Below are positions 11,904-24,502 of a stretch of DNA of 64,000 nucleotides, piece after piece. The notes under the pieces are model-generated. The model saw only the letters and a list, made by a program, of their open reading frames with translations, did no database searches and was not told the origin of the DNA. The position numbers were made by a program, and so were the translations under genes. The stretch comes from Dictyostelium discoideum (taxonomy: Eukaryota): contig CM000150.2 of NCBI GenBank assembly GCA_000004695.1, positions 2,720,001 through 2,784,000 on the forward strand, written 5' to 3'. Within the stretch, counting starts at the first letter, position 1, and each line of letters begins with the position of its first letter.

Positions 11904-12599
11904 GTGGAAAATTCAATTTTCAATATAAAAGAAGATATTAAAAAAAAGAATGAATCAATAAATGTAACAAAAAAAATATTATTAGAGACATCAAACCTAG
12001 TTGTAAAAAATGCTCAAACCACAACCAATTTAGGTAATTTAAAGGGTGAAATTGAAAAAAAGTATGCAAAATTACAAAGTGAAATAAATAGTCTCAACAA
12101 TTACATAAATAGAGAAAGAAATGAAATTAATAATCTAAAAAGAGAAAATGACCGAAATTCACTTCCCCTGATCTTTAGGTTATTAAATCCATTTGGTGCT
12201 CTAATTGTTCTACTTTCAGATTTAAGTGGATTAAAATCAAGAGTAGCTTACAAACAAAAAGAAGTTAATAGAATGTCAAGAGAATTAGATTGTTTGACAA
12301 GCCAAAAAACACTTGTTACTCAATCACTCTCATATACTGAAAAAGAGATTGTCCAATTTAACAAAACTAAAAATTGTTTAGAGTTGTCACTCAATGGACT
12401 TGGTATTAAAAAAACTAATGATGAAAATTTAAAATTTGGATTGGAGTTATTAAAAATTGAATTTGGTATTCTTTCTGTTGACTCTGATTTAAGTAGGGAA
12501 TTATTAGAAATTGGTAGAAATCATGTTCCCAAATATGAAGAAAAATTAAAGATTTTATTCACTGAAAATAATTTAACCTTTAATTTAATTGAAAACTAA
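11904..12599 (+). CDS. Hypothetical coiled-coil ORF of 231 codons with no usable start codon; possible pseudogene.
   Basis: The track 'M' is a GTG. The only in-frame ATG (11850) is followed by an in-frame TAA at 11883, and no GT..AG intron can remove it. Confidence 0.3.
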   Translation: MENSIFNIKEDIKKKNESINVTKKILLETSNLVVKNAQTTTNLGNLKGEIEKKYAKLQSEINSLNNYINRERNEINNLKRENDRNSLPLIFRLLNPFGALIVLLSDLSGLKSRVAYKQKEVNRMSRELDCLTSQKTLVTQSLSYTEKEIVQFNKTKNCLELSLNGLGIKKTNDENLKFGLELLKIEFGILSVDSDLSRELLEIGRNHVPKYEEKLKILFTENNLTFNLIEN

Positions 12600-12720
12600 A
12601 TAAAAAACAAATAAAATTAAAATCTTTTTTTTTTTTAATTTACAATATATATTTTGTATTTTATTTATTTATTTTAACTATTACTATTTATTATTATTAT
12701 TATTGATTATTGATTATTGA

Positions 12721-13029
12721 TTATTGATTATCGATATTTTTTATGGTATCTGAAAATGTAATTTTCCTTGGAGGGACAGGAGGAGGTTGTGATTTCTTGG
12801 ATCTACCACAAACCAATTCATAGTCATCAGATTCAGTATCAGAGATTGTTTCATCAGATTCTAATCTTTTATGAGTTTTAAATGAAACACTACGTCTATT
12901 TGATGTTTTATTTTCTTCATCACTACTATCTCCATTTTCTTCACTGTTAATTTTACTATCATAATCATTATTATTATTATCGCTATTATTATCTATACTA
13001 CTATTAATATTGATATTACTATTTTTACA

Positions 13030-13098
<69 letters not shown>

Positions 13099-15675
13099 AA
13101 TATTATTATTATTTAATAATAATAATGGACTGCTTATACTATTTAAACTACTTTCAACATCAGCATCAGCATCATTGTCATCATCATTATCGGACAAAGA
13201 TAAAGATGATAATTGATCCTCTTCTTTAATTAATTGATGTTGAAGACATGATCTAAGATCTTCCATCCATTCTATTTTTTCAGTATGACTTTCTGCTAAT
13301 AGAACTAAACTAAATTCACAAGTTTCAATTTCAAAAGAGTAAACTGTATTACTTTTATTACTATTACTATTATTATTATTATTACTATTACATGATCTTC
13401 TTAATGTTTGATCCTCTGGATCAGCACTACCACTAGTAGCATCACCATTTCCACCTTCATATTCACCACCATCATCATCACCATCTACGCAAGCTTCACC
13501 TTCATCATCACTTAAAATATCAGATACATCAACAACTTGATCTAAATAGAAAACTTCTTTATATTTAAATTCTTTACCAGTTTCTTCTGATGGTTTATAT
13601 TTTACAAATAATAATAAATCACTAAATAAAAAGAAATAACTATCTTTTTTGAATGTATCTTCAATTTCTAAGAAACCTTCTCTAATATAAGTTCTTTCTT
13701 TATCCATTAAATTCTATTTTTAAATAAATAAATAAAAATAAAAATAAAAATGTTAGTTAAATATTAAAAAATAATAAATTAATAAATTAATAAAAATAAA
13801 TAACATACAAATTGTAAATTTTGAATTGAATCTTGAATTGAAAGGATTTTTCTTTTATTTTCTACAGCCATTTTTGATTCATTAACATGATCAGCAACTC
13901 TTTTAATATTTTCTTTTGCATTTTGAAGCATTTGATAATCTGGATGAGTTGAAGGTGTATATTTAATAACTTCTTTCAATAAAAGAATATATCTAACAAT
14001 TCTTTGAATTGGCATAATTAAATAACTATATAAATCCAATCCATTGTGTGTATCTTGAAATATTTCAAATGTATTTACTAATTCTTCAAAATTACTATTA
14101 CTTTTTTTTAATCTTTTAACTCTTTGATATGAATTATCATAATTATTAATATAATTTGTATAATTATCTTTTAAAAATTCACACTATTTTAATAAAATTA
14201 AAAAAATAAAAATTAGTATTAATAATTAACATATACATACAGATTTTAATTATAATAAATAATTAATACAAACTTTTTCTAAAAATACATCACCAATTGT
14301 AATATTTGAATCAAAAATACTATCACCAAAAATATTATTATGATTTTGATTTTGATTTGAATCATCAATTGTTAAATCATTAAAAGGTAAATTTAATTTT
14401 AATTTAAATTCTTTTAATAAATTAATATGAGATCTTAAAAGATGTTCCCAATTACCAAAGATTGAAGAGATTTCATCATTTGAAAGAATTGGTGAGTTTG
14501 TATCTAAAGAATTTAATAAAGGTACAATTAAGAGGTTATAAACTGTTGAGAGGGATTTAACATAACTTTGTTCAGTAGCAATGATTTCTTCAATGACTTT
14601 TTGTCTTCTAGTATCCATTGGAATTGATTTCATTTGATGATCAGTATCGAAATTCTCTCTAATTAATCTTGTGATCATACAAAGTGAATGAATATCACCA
14701 TTGAATAGATCATGTGGTGAGATATCTGAAACATTGTGAACTGAATTCTCTCTAAGGAAATTTAAAAGTAAACAAATATTTTGCATAAAATGCCATGGTA
14801 GTACAGGCTCCCTTGCGAAAATTCCGACTTTTTGTAATGTTAATTCTTCCAACAATGTCAATAACGTTACACCATTTCTCAAGTCATTAGACATATCAGA
14901 TCCAATCTGTAATGAATGATGTGCTCTCAAATGATGATTGATCCAATCTTTTAAATCTTTCATATCTTCTGGCGGTATTATTACACCACCATTACCACTA
15001 CTAGTATTACTACTACCATTACCAAACTTACTATGAATAATTGAACTATACATTTTCAATGGCGAGCCATCACTACCACCACCACCACCGATACCCCCAT
15101 TGCCACCATTGCCACCATTGCCAATATTCTTTATTAATGGTAGTTTCAAATGTGAATACATCTTATTGACATGGTTTCCTAAAACATGTATATTTGAAAT
15201 TACGAAATTTATATTCTTCTCTTCAAATAGATCAGGTGTATCGAATAAATCAGTTTTCTTTAACCCAACCACTAAACAACCTTTTAAATAATTTCCAATA
15301 TTTTCCATCTTTTTAAAACTACTATTACCATTGTTTATATAGAGTATTGTATTTGGTATGATGGTATTTATAACTCTACATAATAGAATACCATCTTTTA
15401 AAGAGGAACTAAATGACGGTAATTTAAACTTTTCTTTTGTCACCTCTTCAATCCAATCTTGTGCTGCTTTTTGAAGTTCTGGTGAGAATTTAAATGCTTC
15501 TTTAGTTCTAATATCACTATTCAATGATGATACTGCTGGTATTTTAACTGATTTTCTCCATTTAGCTTTCTTTCCATTTGATGATTTATTTAATGGATTA
15601 TTACTATAACTATTATAATTACTACTACCACCACTTGCACTCGTTATTGAAACTGGTGATAAATCACCATTACTT

Positions 15676-15712
<37 letters not shown>

Positions 15713-16502
15713 GATTACCACCAAATAATGGTGAAACTGGAGTTGTTGTAATTTTAATGATTTTTCTTTCACCTGCTAAATGTATACCATTATAACCTTC
15801 AATTTTAGAAGCATGTTTACCTAATACTACAATATTTGTAATCACTAACGAAATATCTTTATTTTCATGTAAATCGATTGAATTGAATAGGTTTACACTT
15901 TGTAAGCCTAATGTTTTACAAGCTTTTAAATAATTTTCAATATTTTCCAATTGTTTAAATGATATTGTACTTTCATTGATTCTCTTAATTGTACCACCTC
16001 TTAATTTATTAATTAATCTACATAATAATACACCATTTTTAAATAACTCATAAAAAGTTTTATCATCCTCCAATTGAATCTCCAATACATCACAAACCCA
16101 TTTTCTAGCGGTTTGTTCCAATGATGAATCATATTTAGCTTGTTTCTTCTTTTCAATATCATCTGTTAAACTTGTACATGATGGTTTCATTTGTAATGAT
16201 GTTATAACACCTTGATGTTGTTGCTGTTGTTGATGTGATGTTGATTGAATACTATTACTACTTGATGATAATAATGGTGATGGTGATGATGATAATGGTG
16301 ATATCAATGGACTTGAAACCGATGGTGATGTTATAAAATTATTACCACTCTCATTGTTTGTAATTGGTTTTGGTAATGTTGAACTACCACTATTCTTTAA
16401 TTTAGATGATTCGTCTTTACCATTATCTTTATCTTTTTTGCTACTACTACTACTACTAGCAATGGTATTTCTTTTTGAACTACCAAAAAAATTTGAAAAC
16501 AT
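12721..16502 (-). CDS. gxcB: RacGEF with three calponin-homology domains followed by DH and PH domains (Trix-type), 1198 aa. Exons about 16502..14274, 14183..13809 and 13713..12721.
   Basis: Three CH domains lie in the 750-aa ORF, for example WVCDVLEIQLEDDKTFYELFKNGVLLCRLINKL... and ...ISNIHVLG. The DH domain starts RQKVIEEIIATEQSYVKSL, runs ...IGDVFLEK|CEFLKDNYTNY...GLDLYSYLIMPIQRIVRYILLLKEV, and continues ...QNLQF|NLMDKERTYIREGFLEIED into the PH domain. Donors are gtttgt and gtatgt, acceptors aatag and aaatag. Exon lengths of 2229, 375 and 993 are all divisible by 3. The architecture and length match Dictyostelium Trix; the symbol is given with moderate confidence. Confidence 0.8.
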
Positions 16503-17131
16503 TTAATATATATATCTTTTCTTTTTTTTTTTTTTTTTTTTGGATTTGATTTTTATATCTTATTTTATTTTATTTATTGATGGCAAGTTATTTTTATTTT
16601 ATGTATATTTAAATTTAATTGATTTATTTATATTATTTATTTGTTTATTTATTTTTTTATATTTGATTATTTTTTAAATCTGATTTAATTTATTTGTTTG
16701 ATCTGATTTTATTTATTTATTTTTATTTTTAATTATTTTATTTTTAATTTTAATATATATATATTTTTATTATTACAATTATTGGTGGTTATTTTTATTT
16801 ATTGCTATTTTTAGTAATTTTGATATTTTTAGTTTTTTTTTTTTTTTATTTTTATTTTTTTTTTTTTATCTTTTTTTTTTTTTTAACCAAGATATATTAT
16901 TTTTTTATTTTTTTATTTTTTTTTAATTGCTTCTTTTGTTTATTTATTATTTATTATTATTATAATACTTTTTAAAAATAATTATTTTTATTATAATTGT
17001 TTTGAAAACAACCTCTTCGCACTATAAAAAAAAAAAAAAAAAAAAAAAAATTAAAATAAAAAAAAAAAAAAATTAAAATAAAAAAAAACTGAAAGAAAAA
17101 AAAAAAAAATTATTTGAATCCACCCCAAACC

Positions 17132-17176
<45 letters not shown>

Positions 17177-17839
17177 GATAATCGAGATGATTGGTAACTC
17201 AATATTCATATGTTTATTAATAAATATATAAAAAAAAATATATAAAAAAAGGAAAAAAAAATAAATAAAAAAAAAGGAAAAAAAAATAGATCTTGAGAAC
17301 TCAAATTAACTTGAAAATTGTGTTTTTTTTTTCCCCTTTGGTTTTTTTTTTCCCCTTTGGTTTTTTTTTTGGAAACTGTCTATCTTTTTTGATCTTTATA
17401 AATAATAAATTGTTCTTCAATTATTTGGAATAAAATTACAAGTTTAAATAAAAAGGAATTCAAGAAAAGTAAATTAATCAAATATTTTGAAAAATGGTGT
17501 TTTTTATTTTTTTTTTTTTTTTTATATTCCAATTTTCAAAGATTTCAAGTTTTACATTTATATTATTTTTAATTCAAGATTTTATTTTTGGAAAAAAAAA
17601 ATATAAAAAATAAAATAAAAAAAAAAAAAAAAAAAAAATATATCTTTTTTTTTTCTTTTTTTTCTTTTTTATTTTTTTATTTTTTTTTATTTTTTTTTCC
17701 TTCAACAAAAAAAAAAAAAAACAAATAAATTTAAATTTAGTCATTGTAGTAGTAATAATTTTATATGTTAATACTCCTAATAAAATATTAGTATATCAGG
17801 GTTATTAAAAATAAATTATTATCACTTTCATTAACTAAA

Positions 17840-17871
<32 letters not shown>

Positions 17872-18057
17872 AATAATAATACACTTATTAGTATATTTTT
17901 TATTTAACATTTAATTATCCTTTTATACATTTATACATTTATATTTATTTATAAAAAAAAAAAAAAAAAAATTCATATAGTATTTATTAGTTTTATATTT
18001 ATTTATATATATATTTAAAAAAAAAAAAAAAAAATAATAATAACCTCAATTTAAATA

Positions 18058-18940
18058 ATGTCAAATAAATCTCATACATCAGAAAAGGTTCAATTGAATG
18101 AATTTCTTCAAAAGAAAAAGCAACCCATACCAATTTATCATACTGAAAGCAAAGGATCCGAACATAATAAAGATTTTAAGGTATAAAGTGGTAATCATAG
18201 TTTGTTATAATAATTATTATTATTATTTAATATGATTACTATACAGTTTTATAGTAATCATATTAAATAATAATTATTATTATTATCACTATTATTATCT
18301 CTTTTTTTTTTTTTTTTTTTCTCTCTCTCTCTCCACCTATTATCTACTAACATTAAAAAAAAAAAAAATAAAATAAAAAATAAAAAAAATAAAAAAAATA
18401 AAACATAAAATATTTAAAGTCTATAGTAGTAGTAAATGGAAAACAAATTGAATCAGATTGGAAAAAGAGTAAAAAAGAATCTGAAAAAGATTGTGCAAAG
18501 AATATATTAGAGTTTATAGAAACACTAGATGGATATCCTATATACTTCACACCATTCAGTAAAGACCCCCCACAAAATAATAAGAAAATTTATGATGAAA
18601 AATTACAGGCAGTATACAATAGTGTCTCTTCAGGAATTGAAGGCTTAAACAATAATAGTTTTTTCACTAAAATTGAAAATAACAATAATAATAGTAGTAG
18701 TAATAATAATAATAACTTGGATCATAACCATTCAAATGACAGTAGTCATACTTCCACAGATAATAATGATAACAATAGTAATAATCATAATAATAATAAT
18801 AATAATCAAATAAACATTGATTTAACAATGGAAAATGTAAATATATCACAATCAAAAACAATCACTAACGAAGGTACCTTAAACAACGACAACGACAACA
18901 ATAACAATAGCATACAACAACAACAACACCAACCACAACC

Positions 18941-19033
<93 letters not shown>

Positions 19034-20498
19034 TTTTGATAAAGATAAAACAAATTTAAAAAAAAAAAAAAAAATTCCTTTCTCATATAATACAGACTTA
19101 ATAGAACATATTGATCTCTTTAAAAGACAAGATTTTCCACAAACTTATCCATCTCGAACAACGTATACAGATACTGGACATACACAACAATTACAAAAAC
19201 AAGTTTTCTTACTCACTGAAAAAATAGGGCTGATGGAATTATTTTATAAAAAACAAATTCGTGTCATTTTAAAATCCCATCATAATTTAGAAACAGAATT
19301 GTCAGCTCTTAAATCTTTTGTTGAAGATTGTTCTGTCACACCAATTGAAGGCCTTGAATTATATTCCATACCGGTTCCTTTAAACCCCAATGCAAAGCCT
19401 TCAGCAGGTACTACACCTGTATTGTCAAAATCAGAAACTCAAAATGAGATAATACAACCAACTAAACCACCAACTAAACCACCAGCAAGTTGTCTCATTA
19501 AAAAGAAAATACCAAATGTAAATATGAAAGCCACTAATAAAACAACAACAACAACTTCAACATCGACTTCAAATAGTTCAACAACAATAAAAACAACGGA
19601 TTCATTTAAAAATACCACTAATAATCAACATCCAAACACATTGAAACCTATGGTATCTAAAATAAACCAACAAACATCAGATTTTATTTTTCCACTACCC
19701 AAACCTATTATCAGAAGAAATCCTATTGGAAATGGTAATTTGGAAAAAAAAATAGAAAAGAAAAACTCTAAACCCAATACTATTGTTTTAGGAGTTGATA
19801 CTCAGTCACAATCAAAAACCAAAATTACACCATCACCAACAACACCACCACCAGAAACAACACCAACAACACCAACAACAACAGCAACACCAACAACACC
19901 AACAACACCAACAACACCAACAACAACAGCAACACCACCACCAACAACAACAGCAACACCACCACCAACAACAACAGCAACACCACCACCAACAGCAACA
20001 ACACCACCACCAACAACAGCAACAACAACACCACCACCACCACCAATAATAGCAACAACAAAAACAACAGCAACAGCAACAGCAACAACAATACCTATAG
20101 ATTTAAATGAAATACAGATACCAATTAGATCTCCTCAAGATTTAACAGTAAATCAATCTATGATATCAACAGCTATGATGATAGCTTCAGCGGCTCAAAG
20201 AAATCCAAAGCTAACAATGAAATTGAAAAGAAAGTTGGAAGAATCTCCAACATTGATGAGCAAACTACAAAAGATTCAATTTGAAAAAGAAGAGGAGATT
20301 TTATGTAGTCAAGACTTACATTCACCAATAATGAGTCCACAATCACCCACCCACCAACCAAAAACTTTAGAACCTCTTTCACCTACAAAGAAGAGTACTC
20401 AGAAATCACCTCCACCTACAAGCCCCTCTCCTATTGTAACAAGAGCAAGAGCTTCTTCAAATTTATTACCAATACAAAATTTAATTTCAAAAAAATAA
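18058..20498 (+). CDS. dsRNA-binding-domain protein, 733 aa, with an N-terminal dsRBD and a long polyQ / Thr-Pro-rich tail. Two exons: 18058..18180 and 18420..20498.
   Basis: Exon 1 reads MSNKSHTSEKVQLNEFLQKKKQPIPIYHTESKGSEHNKDFK. The donor gtataa is at 18181 and the acceptor (ttaaag) ends at 18419. Exon 2 reads SIVVVNGKQIESDWKKSKKESEKDCAKNILEFIE..., completing a canonical dsRBD (PxY...G..H...F...V.V.G....G.SKK.AK..AA). Exon 2 is in frame with track ORF 18717..20498. The architecture resembles the Dictyostelium RbdA/RbdB class. Confidence 0.75.
18205..18287. repeat. Near-perfect inverted repeat (hairpin with a 23-26 bp perfect stem and extended AT-rich arms) inside the intron of the dsRBD gene.
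   Basis: ttatttaatatgattactata cagtttta tagtaatcatattaaataa; the arms continue as (att/aat)n on both sides. Confidence 0.7.
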
Positions 20499-21023
20499 AA
20501 CTTTATTTAACATATAGCACCAAATTTCATTTTATACTTTTGTTTTCATGTAATAGTAGTATTAATTATAATAGCAATAAAAATTACATTTATTATATGG
20601 ATTTTTTATTTTTAATGTTTACTTTCCTATTTGGGATGAAATTATGAATCGATTGGTATTTTTAGAATTGTTTTCTTCTATACAAATTATATTCAGTTTA
20701 TATCTAATAAATATATTTTGTCGTGAATTTTAATAAAAATAAAAATTTTAATTTTTGGATTCGTTTTAGAACTCCATGATAGGATAATTTTTATTTTTAG
20801 ATTTATTTTATTTTATTTTTTTTATTTTTTTTATATTTCTATTTTTTTTATTTCTTTTTTTTTTTATTTATTTTAATAATAAAGAAAAAGTCAAAATAAA
20901 ATTAGAATATTTTTATTAGTGTATTTTAGGATCTCCAATTTTAAAAATAGCCAAACAATGTTAAATTCTTAATATATAAAAAAGTTGATTGTTTTCCTGG
21001 AAAATGTCAGCATATTTCATTAC

Positions 21024-21054
<31 letters not shown>

Positions 21055-21123
21055 TTTTTTTTTTTAATTATATAAATAGAAATTTTCTATTATTTTTTTT
21101 TTGTTTATTAATAAATTAAAAAA

Positions 21124-22151
21124 ATGTCAATATCATATAAAGATTTTAGGTATCCAGAATGTTGGAAAAGAAATCCAAATTCAAAAAATCAATATTTTGC
21201 AGAAATTTTTAAAGATTCAATTAAAGTTGGTATATATGAATTAAAAAATCAAAAACATTATTCATATATGGAGGATATTGTTGGAATTTGTAGATATTTT
21301 TATCCAACTATTGATAATGAACAATTGACATTATGTGGTACTTTTATGAATTGGTTATTCTTAATTGATGACTTTTTAGAATATTACAAGTGAAAAACAA
21401 AATGAAATTCTTAAAAGTCATGAACATATTTTATTCACTGATCAATTTTTAAATAGTGATGTTGAACCACCTACACTATGTGAAAAGTTAACAATCCTTT
21501 TACAAAATAGTTTAAAACAATGGGCTATTAAATATAAGAAATTGGAAACTTATAATATAACAATAACAACATTAATCCAATGGATGTATTCGGTGTACCC
21601 ATTAAATAAAATCTCTGATTTGACAGATCCAATTCATATGGATTTATATACATTTATTCGTAAAGTTAATTGTGGGGTTCCATCATCGATCGCTGTTGTT
21701 CTTTTAGTTGATAAAGAAATAAATGAAATTGATATTTCAAAAATTTTGTTAGATCCATTTTCACGTATTTTAGAAAATACTTCAATACACATTGGAATAA
21801 CTAATGACTGTGCCTCATATAATAGAGTTTAAAGTTGGTATTCATAAAAGCAATCCATTATACTTTTTACAAATTAATGAAAATTTATCATATGATGATA
21901 TATTAAAATCAATAATAAATAAATGCAATCAAAGAGTAAATCAAAAAGTTAATGATGAAGAATTGTTATTAAAACAATTAAAAGAACAAGGATATACTGA
22001 AAATCAATTAAATCAAGTAAATTTAATTTTAAACTATATTCATTATATTATTCAAGGTAATATAGGCTATTCAATATGTTCCAAAAGATATAATTCTATA
22101 GATCAAGAAGATAAAACCTTATTTGAAAAAAACAGATCATGTTATATATAA
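21124..22151 (+). pseudogene. Terpene synthase pseudogene, a tandem paralogue of the gene at 23300..24337.
   Basis: Three consecutive ORFs in three frames (21124..21393, 21542..21832, 21804..22151) are colinear with the intact copy. Compared with it, there is a frameshifting deletion right after LFLIDDFLE (...EYYK*) and a second 2-nt deletion plus TAA after NDCASY. Neither disruption is flanked by plausible splice sites. Confidence 0.75.
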
Positions 22152-22988
22152 TATTTTTTTAATTTGCTAAAATAAACTTTAAAACAATTAATATACTTTT
22201 TTTTTTTTTTTTTTTTTTTTATTGTTTATAATGTTTTTATTATTATTTATGTATTAGCAAACATTGAACATAATCCTTTTCAATTGGGTAATAACCACTT
22301 TGACCAAAGGCATCCTATAATCATACATGTCAATGGCACAGTGAATGTAACTTTCCAGCTTTCTTCAAACAGAGTTTCCCTTTCAGAATAGATTCCCTCC
22401 CATTTTATTATTGTTCATTTAGTTTATTTTATAAAATAATAAATATTAAATAAATATTAAATATTATTGAAAAAAAGAAAATATTAAATAAAATGGGGTT
22501 GTTGGTGGTGGGTTCGGTTGAAATTGAATAAAAAAAAATAAAAAAAAATTTCTAAAACACACTTTTTTTTATAATTTAATTTTTGTATTAAATTAAAATA
22601 TAAATAAAAAGTTTAATTTTAATTCTCAATGAAAAAAAAGATTCATTTTTTTTTTTTTGTATTTCAATATAAATTCAATATGAAAAAATATAGGATGAAT
22701 TAATAAATTTTAAAATTATAAAAAAGAATAAAAAAAAAAATTAATGAGTTATATTTATTTAAAAAACTAATTTAAAATTAATAATTACCACTAATTTAAA
22801 TTAGTATTAGAAAAATTGGCAAAAAAGATCTAAATTCTAATAAATAATTAGCCCCAAAAAAAATTAAATTTTTTAAAAAAATATTAAAAGATACATTTCC
22901 CTAAATAGTTATTATCCTATTAGGATTACCAAATTTAAAAGAATGTTTTACTTGAGTATTTTTTTTTTTTTTTTTTTTTAAAAAAAAG

Positions 22989-23068
22989 AACCAATTCTGG
23001 TTGCACCAATCTTTTTATTTTTTAAAAAAAAAAAAGAACAAATTCTGGATGCACCAATCTTTTTATTA
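22989..23068. repeat. 48-bp tandem duplication (gaac.aattctgg.tgcaccaatctttttatt, twice) about 230 bp upstream of the terpene synthase ATG.
   Basis: Read directly. The unit is GC-richer than its surroundings and may be a promoter element. Confidence 0.55.
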
Positions 23069-23299
23069 TAATACTTAAAATATTTATAGTTTAAAAAAGG
23101 GGGTGTTATTTTCATTTAAAAATGATAAAAAAACAATATATTTTTTATTTATAAAAATAATTAATTGATTTTTGGTTTTATAATTTGAAATTATATTTAA
23201 AATAAAATTAAAAACCAACTTTATATCCAATTTTTGAAAACAATAAATACAAGAAAAAAAAAAAATTTTAATTAGTTTTAAAATAAATAATTAAAAAAA

Positions 23300-24337
23300 A
23301 TGAATATTTTATTAAAAGATTTTAAATACCCAGAGTCATGGAATAAAAGCCCAAATCAAAGCAATCAATATATTGATCAAGTTTTTGAAGATACAAATAA
23401 AATTGGAATTTATGAATTAAATAATCAAGATCATTATTTATACGTAGAAAATTTATTAAATGTTACTTCTTATTTGTATCCAACCTTTGATAAAGAGCAA
23501 TTAAGATTATGTGCTACCTATTTGCATTGGTTATTTTTAATTGATGATTTTTTAGAAGACGAATACAATACAATGTCTGAAAAACAAAATGACGTTATAA
23601 AAAGTCATGCACAAATATTATTAACTGGCCAATATTTGAATAGTGATGTTGATGTGAAACCATCAGAAAAATTAACAATGTTTTTACAAAATACTTCCAA
23701 AGATTGGGCAATTAAATATAATAAATTTGATGTTCATAATATTTATATGACAACTTTATTTCAATGGTTATATTCAGTTTATCCATTAAATAAAACCACA
23801 GAATCAACCAAACCAATTCATATGGATTTATATACATTTATTCGTAAAGTTAATATTGGTGTTGCAGGTTCAATCATTGTTGGTCTTTTAGCGGATAAGG
23901 ATATTACTGATATTGATATTTCAAAAATTTGGTTAAATCCAATATTCACACGTATAATGGAAAATTCAACTATCCAAATTGGCCTTGTAAATGATTGTGC
24001 ATCCTATGACAAAGAATATGCCAATGGTGGTCACATCACTAATCCATTATACTTTTTGCAAGTTAGAGATAATTTAACATTTAATGAAACACTTAATTTT
24101 ATTGTTAATAAATGTAATCAAAGTATAGATGAAATAATTAAAGATGAGCAATTATTATTAAAACAATTAAAAGATCAAGGATATACTGAAAATCAATTAA
24201 ATCAAGTAAATATAATTTTAAATTATAATCATAATTTAATTCAAGGTAATATTAATTGGTCATTAATTTCAAAAAGATATAATAATCATGATGGTAAACC
24301 TTTTATTTTTGAAAATACAAAATCAAAATACATTTAA
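23300..24337 (+). CDS. Microbial-type (class I) terpene synthase, 345 aa, single exon.
   Basis: The aspartate-rich motif [10 protein letters not shown] (DDxxD/E) and the NSE/DTE triad NDCASYDKE are both present. The size and the absence of introns fit Dictyostelium TPS genes. Confidence 0.85.
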
Positions 24338-24469
24338 ATAAAAAAAAGACATTTATCATTTATAGAATCGTTATTATATTGCATTTTTTTTTTATTTTTT
24401 TTTTTACATAGTGTTCGATTGAAATTTGAGAATGAGATTAATAAATATAAGGTTGTGTTTTACAATGTT

Positions 24470-24494
<25 letters not shown>

Positions 24495-24502
<8 letters not shown>

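Noticed and set aside
11904-11906. Track 'M' residues at 11904, 14039, 19795, 38301, 46621, 52686, 57576, 63981 and 27080 taken as translation starts.
   Set aside because: The underlying codons are GTG, TTG or ATT; the track evidently uses a permissive start table. Real starts were placed at upstream ATGs or joined through introns instead.
21393-21420. Treating the TPS copy-1 frame breaks as introns.
   Set aside because: The candidate GT..AG spans are under 30 nt, the flanking sequence is colinear nucleotide-for-nucleotide with the intronless paralogue, and one break carries an in-frame TAA.
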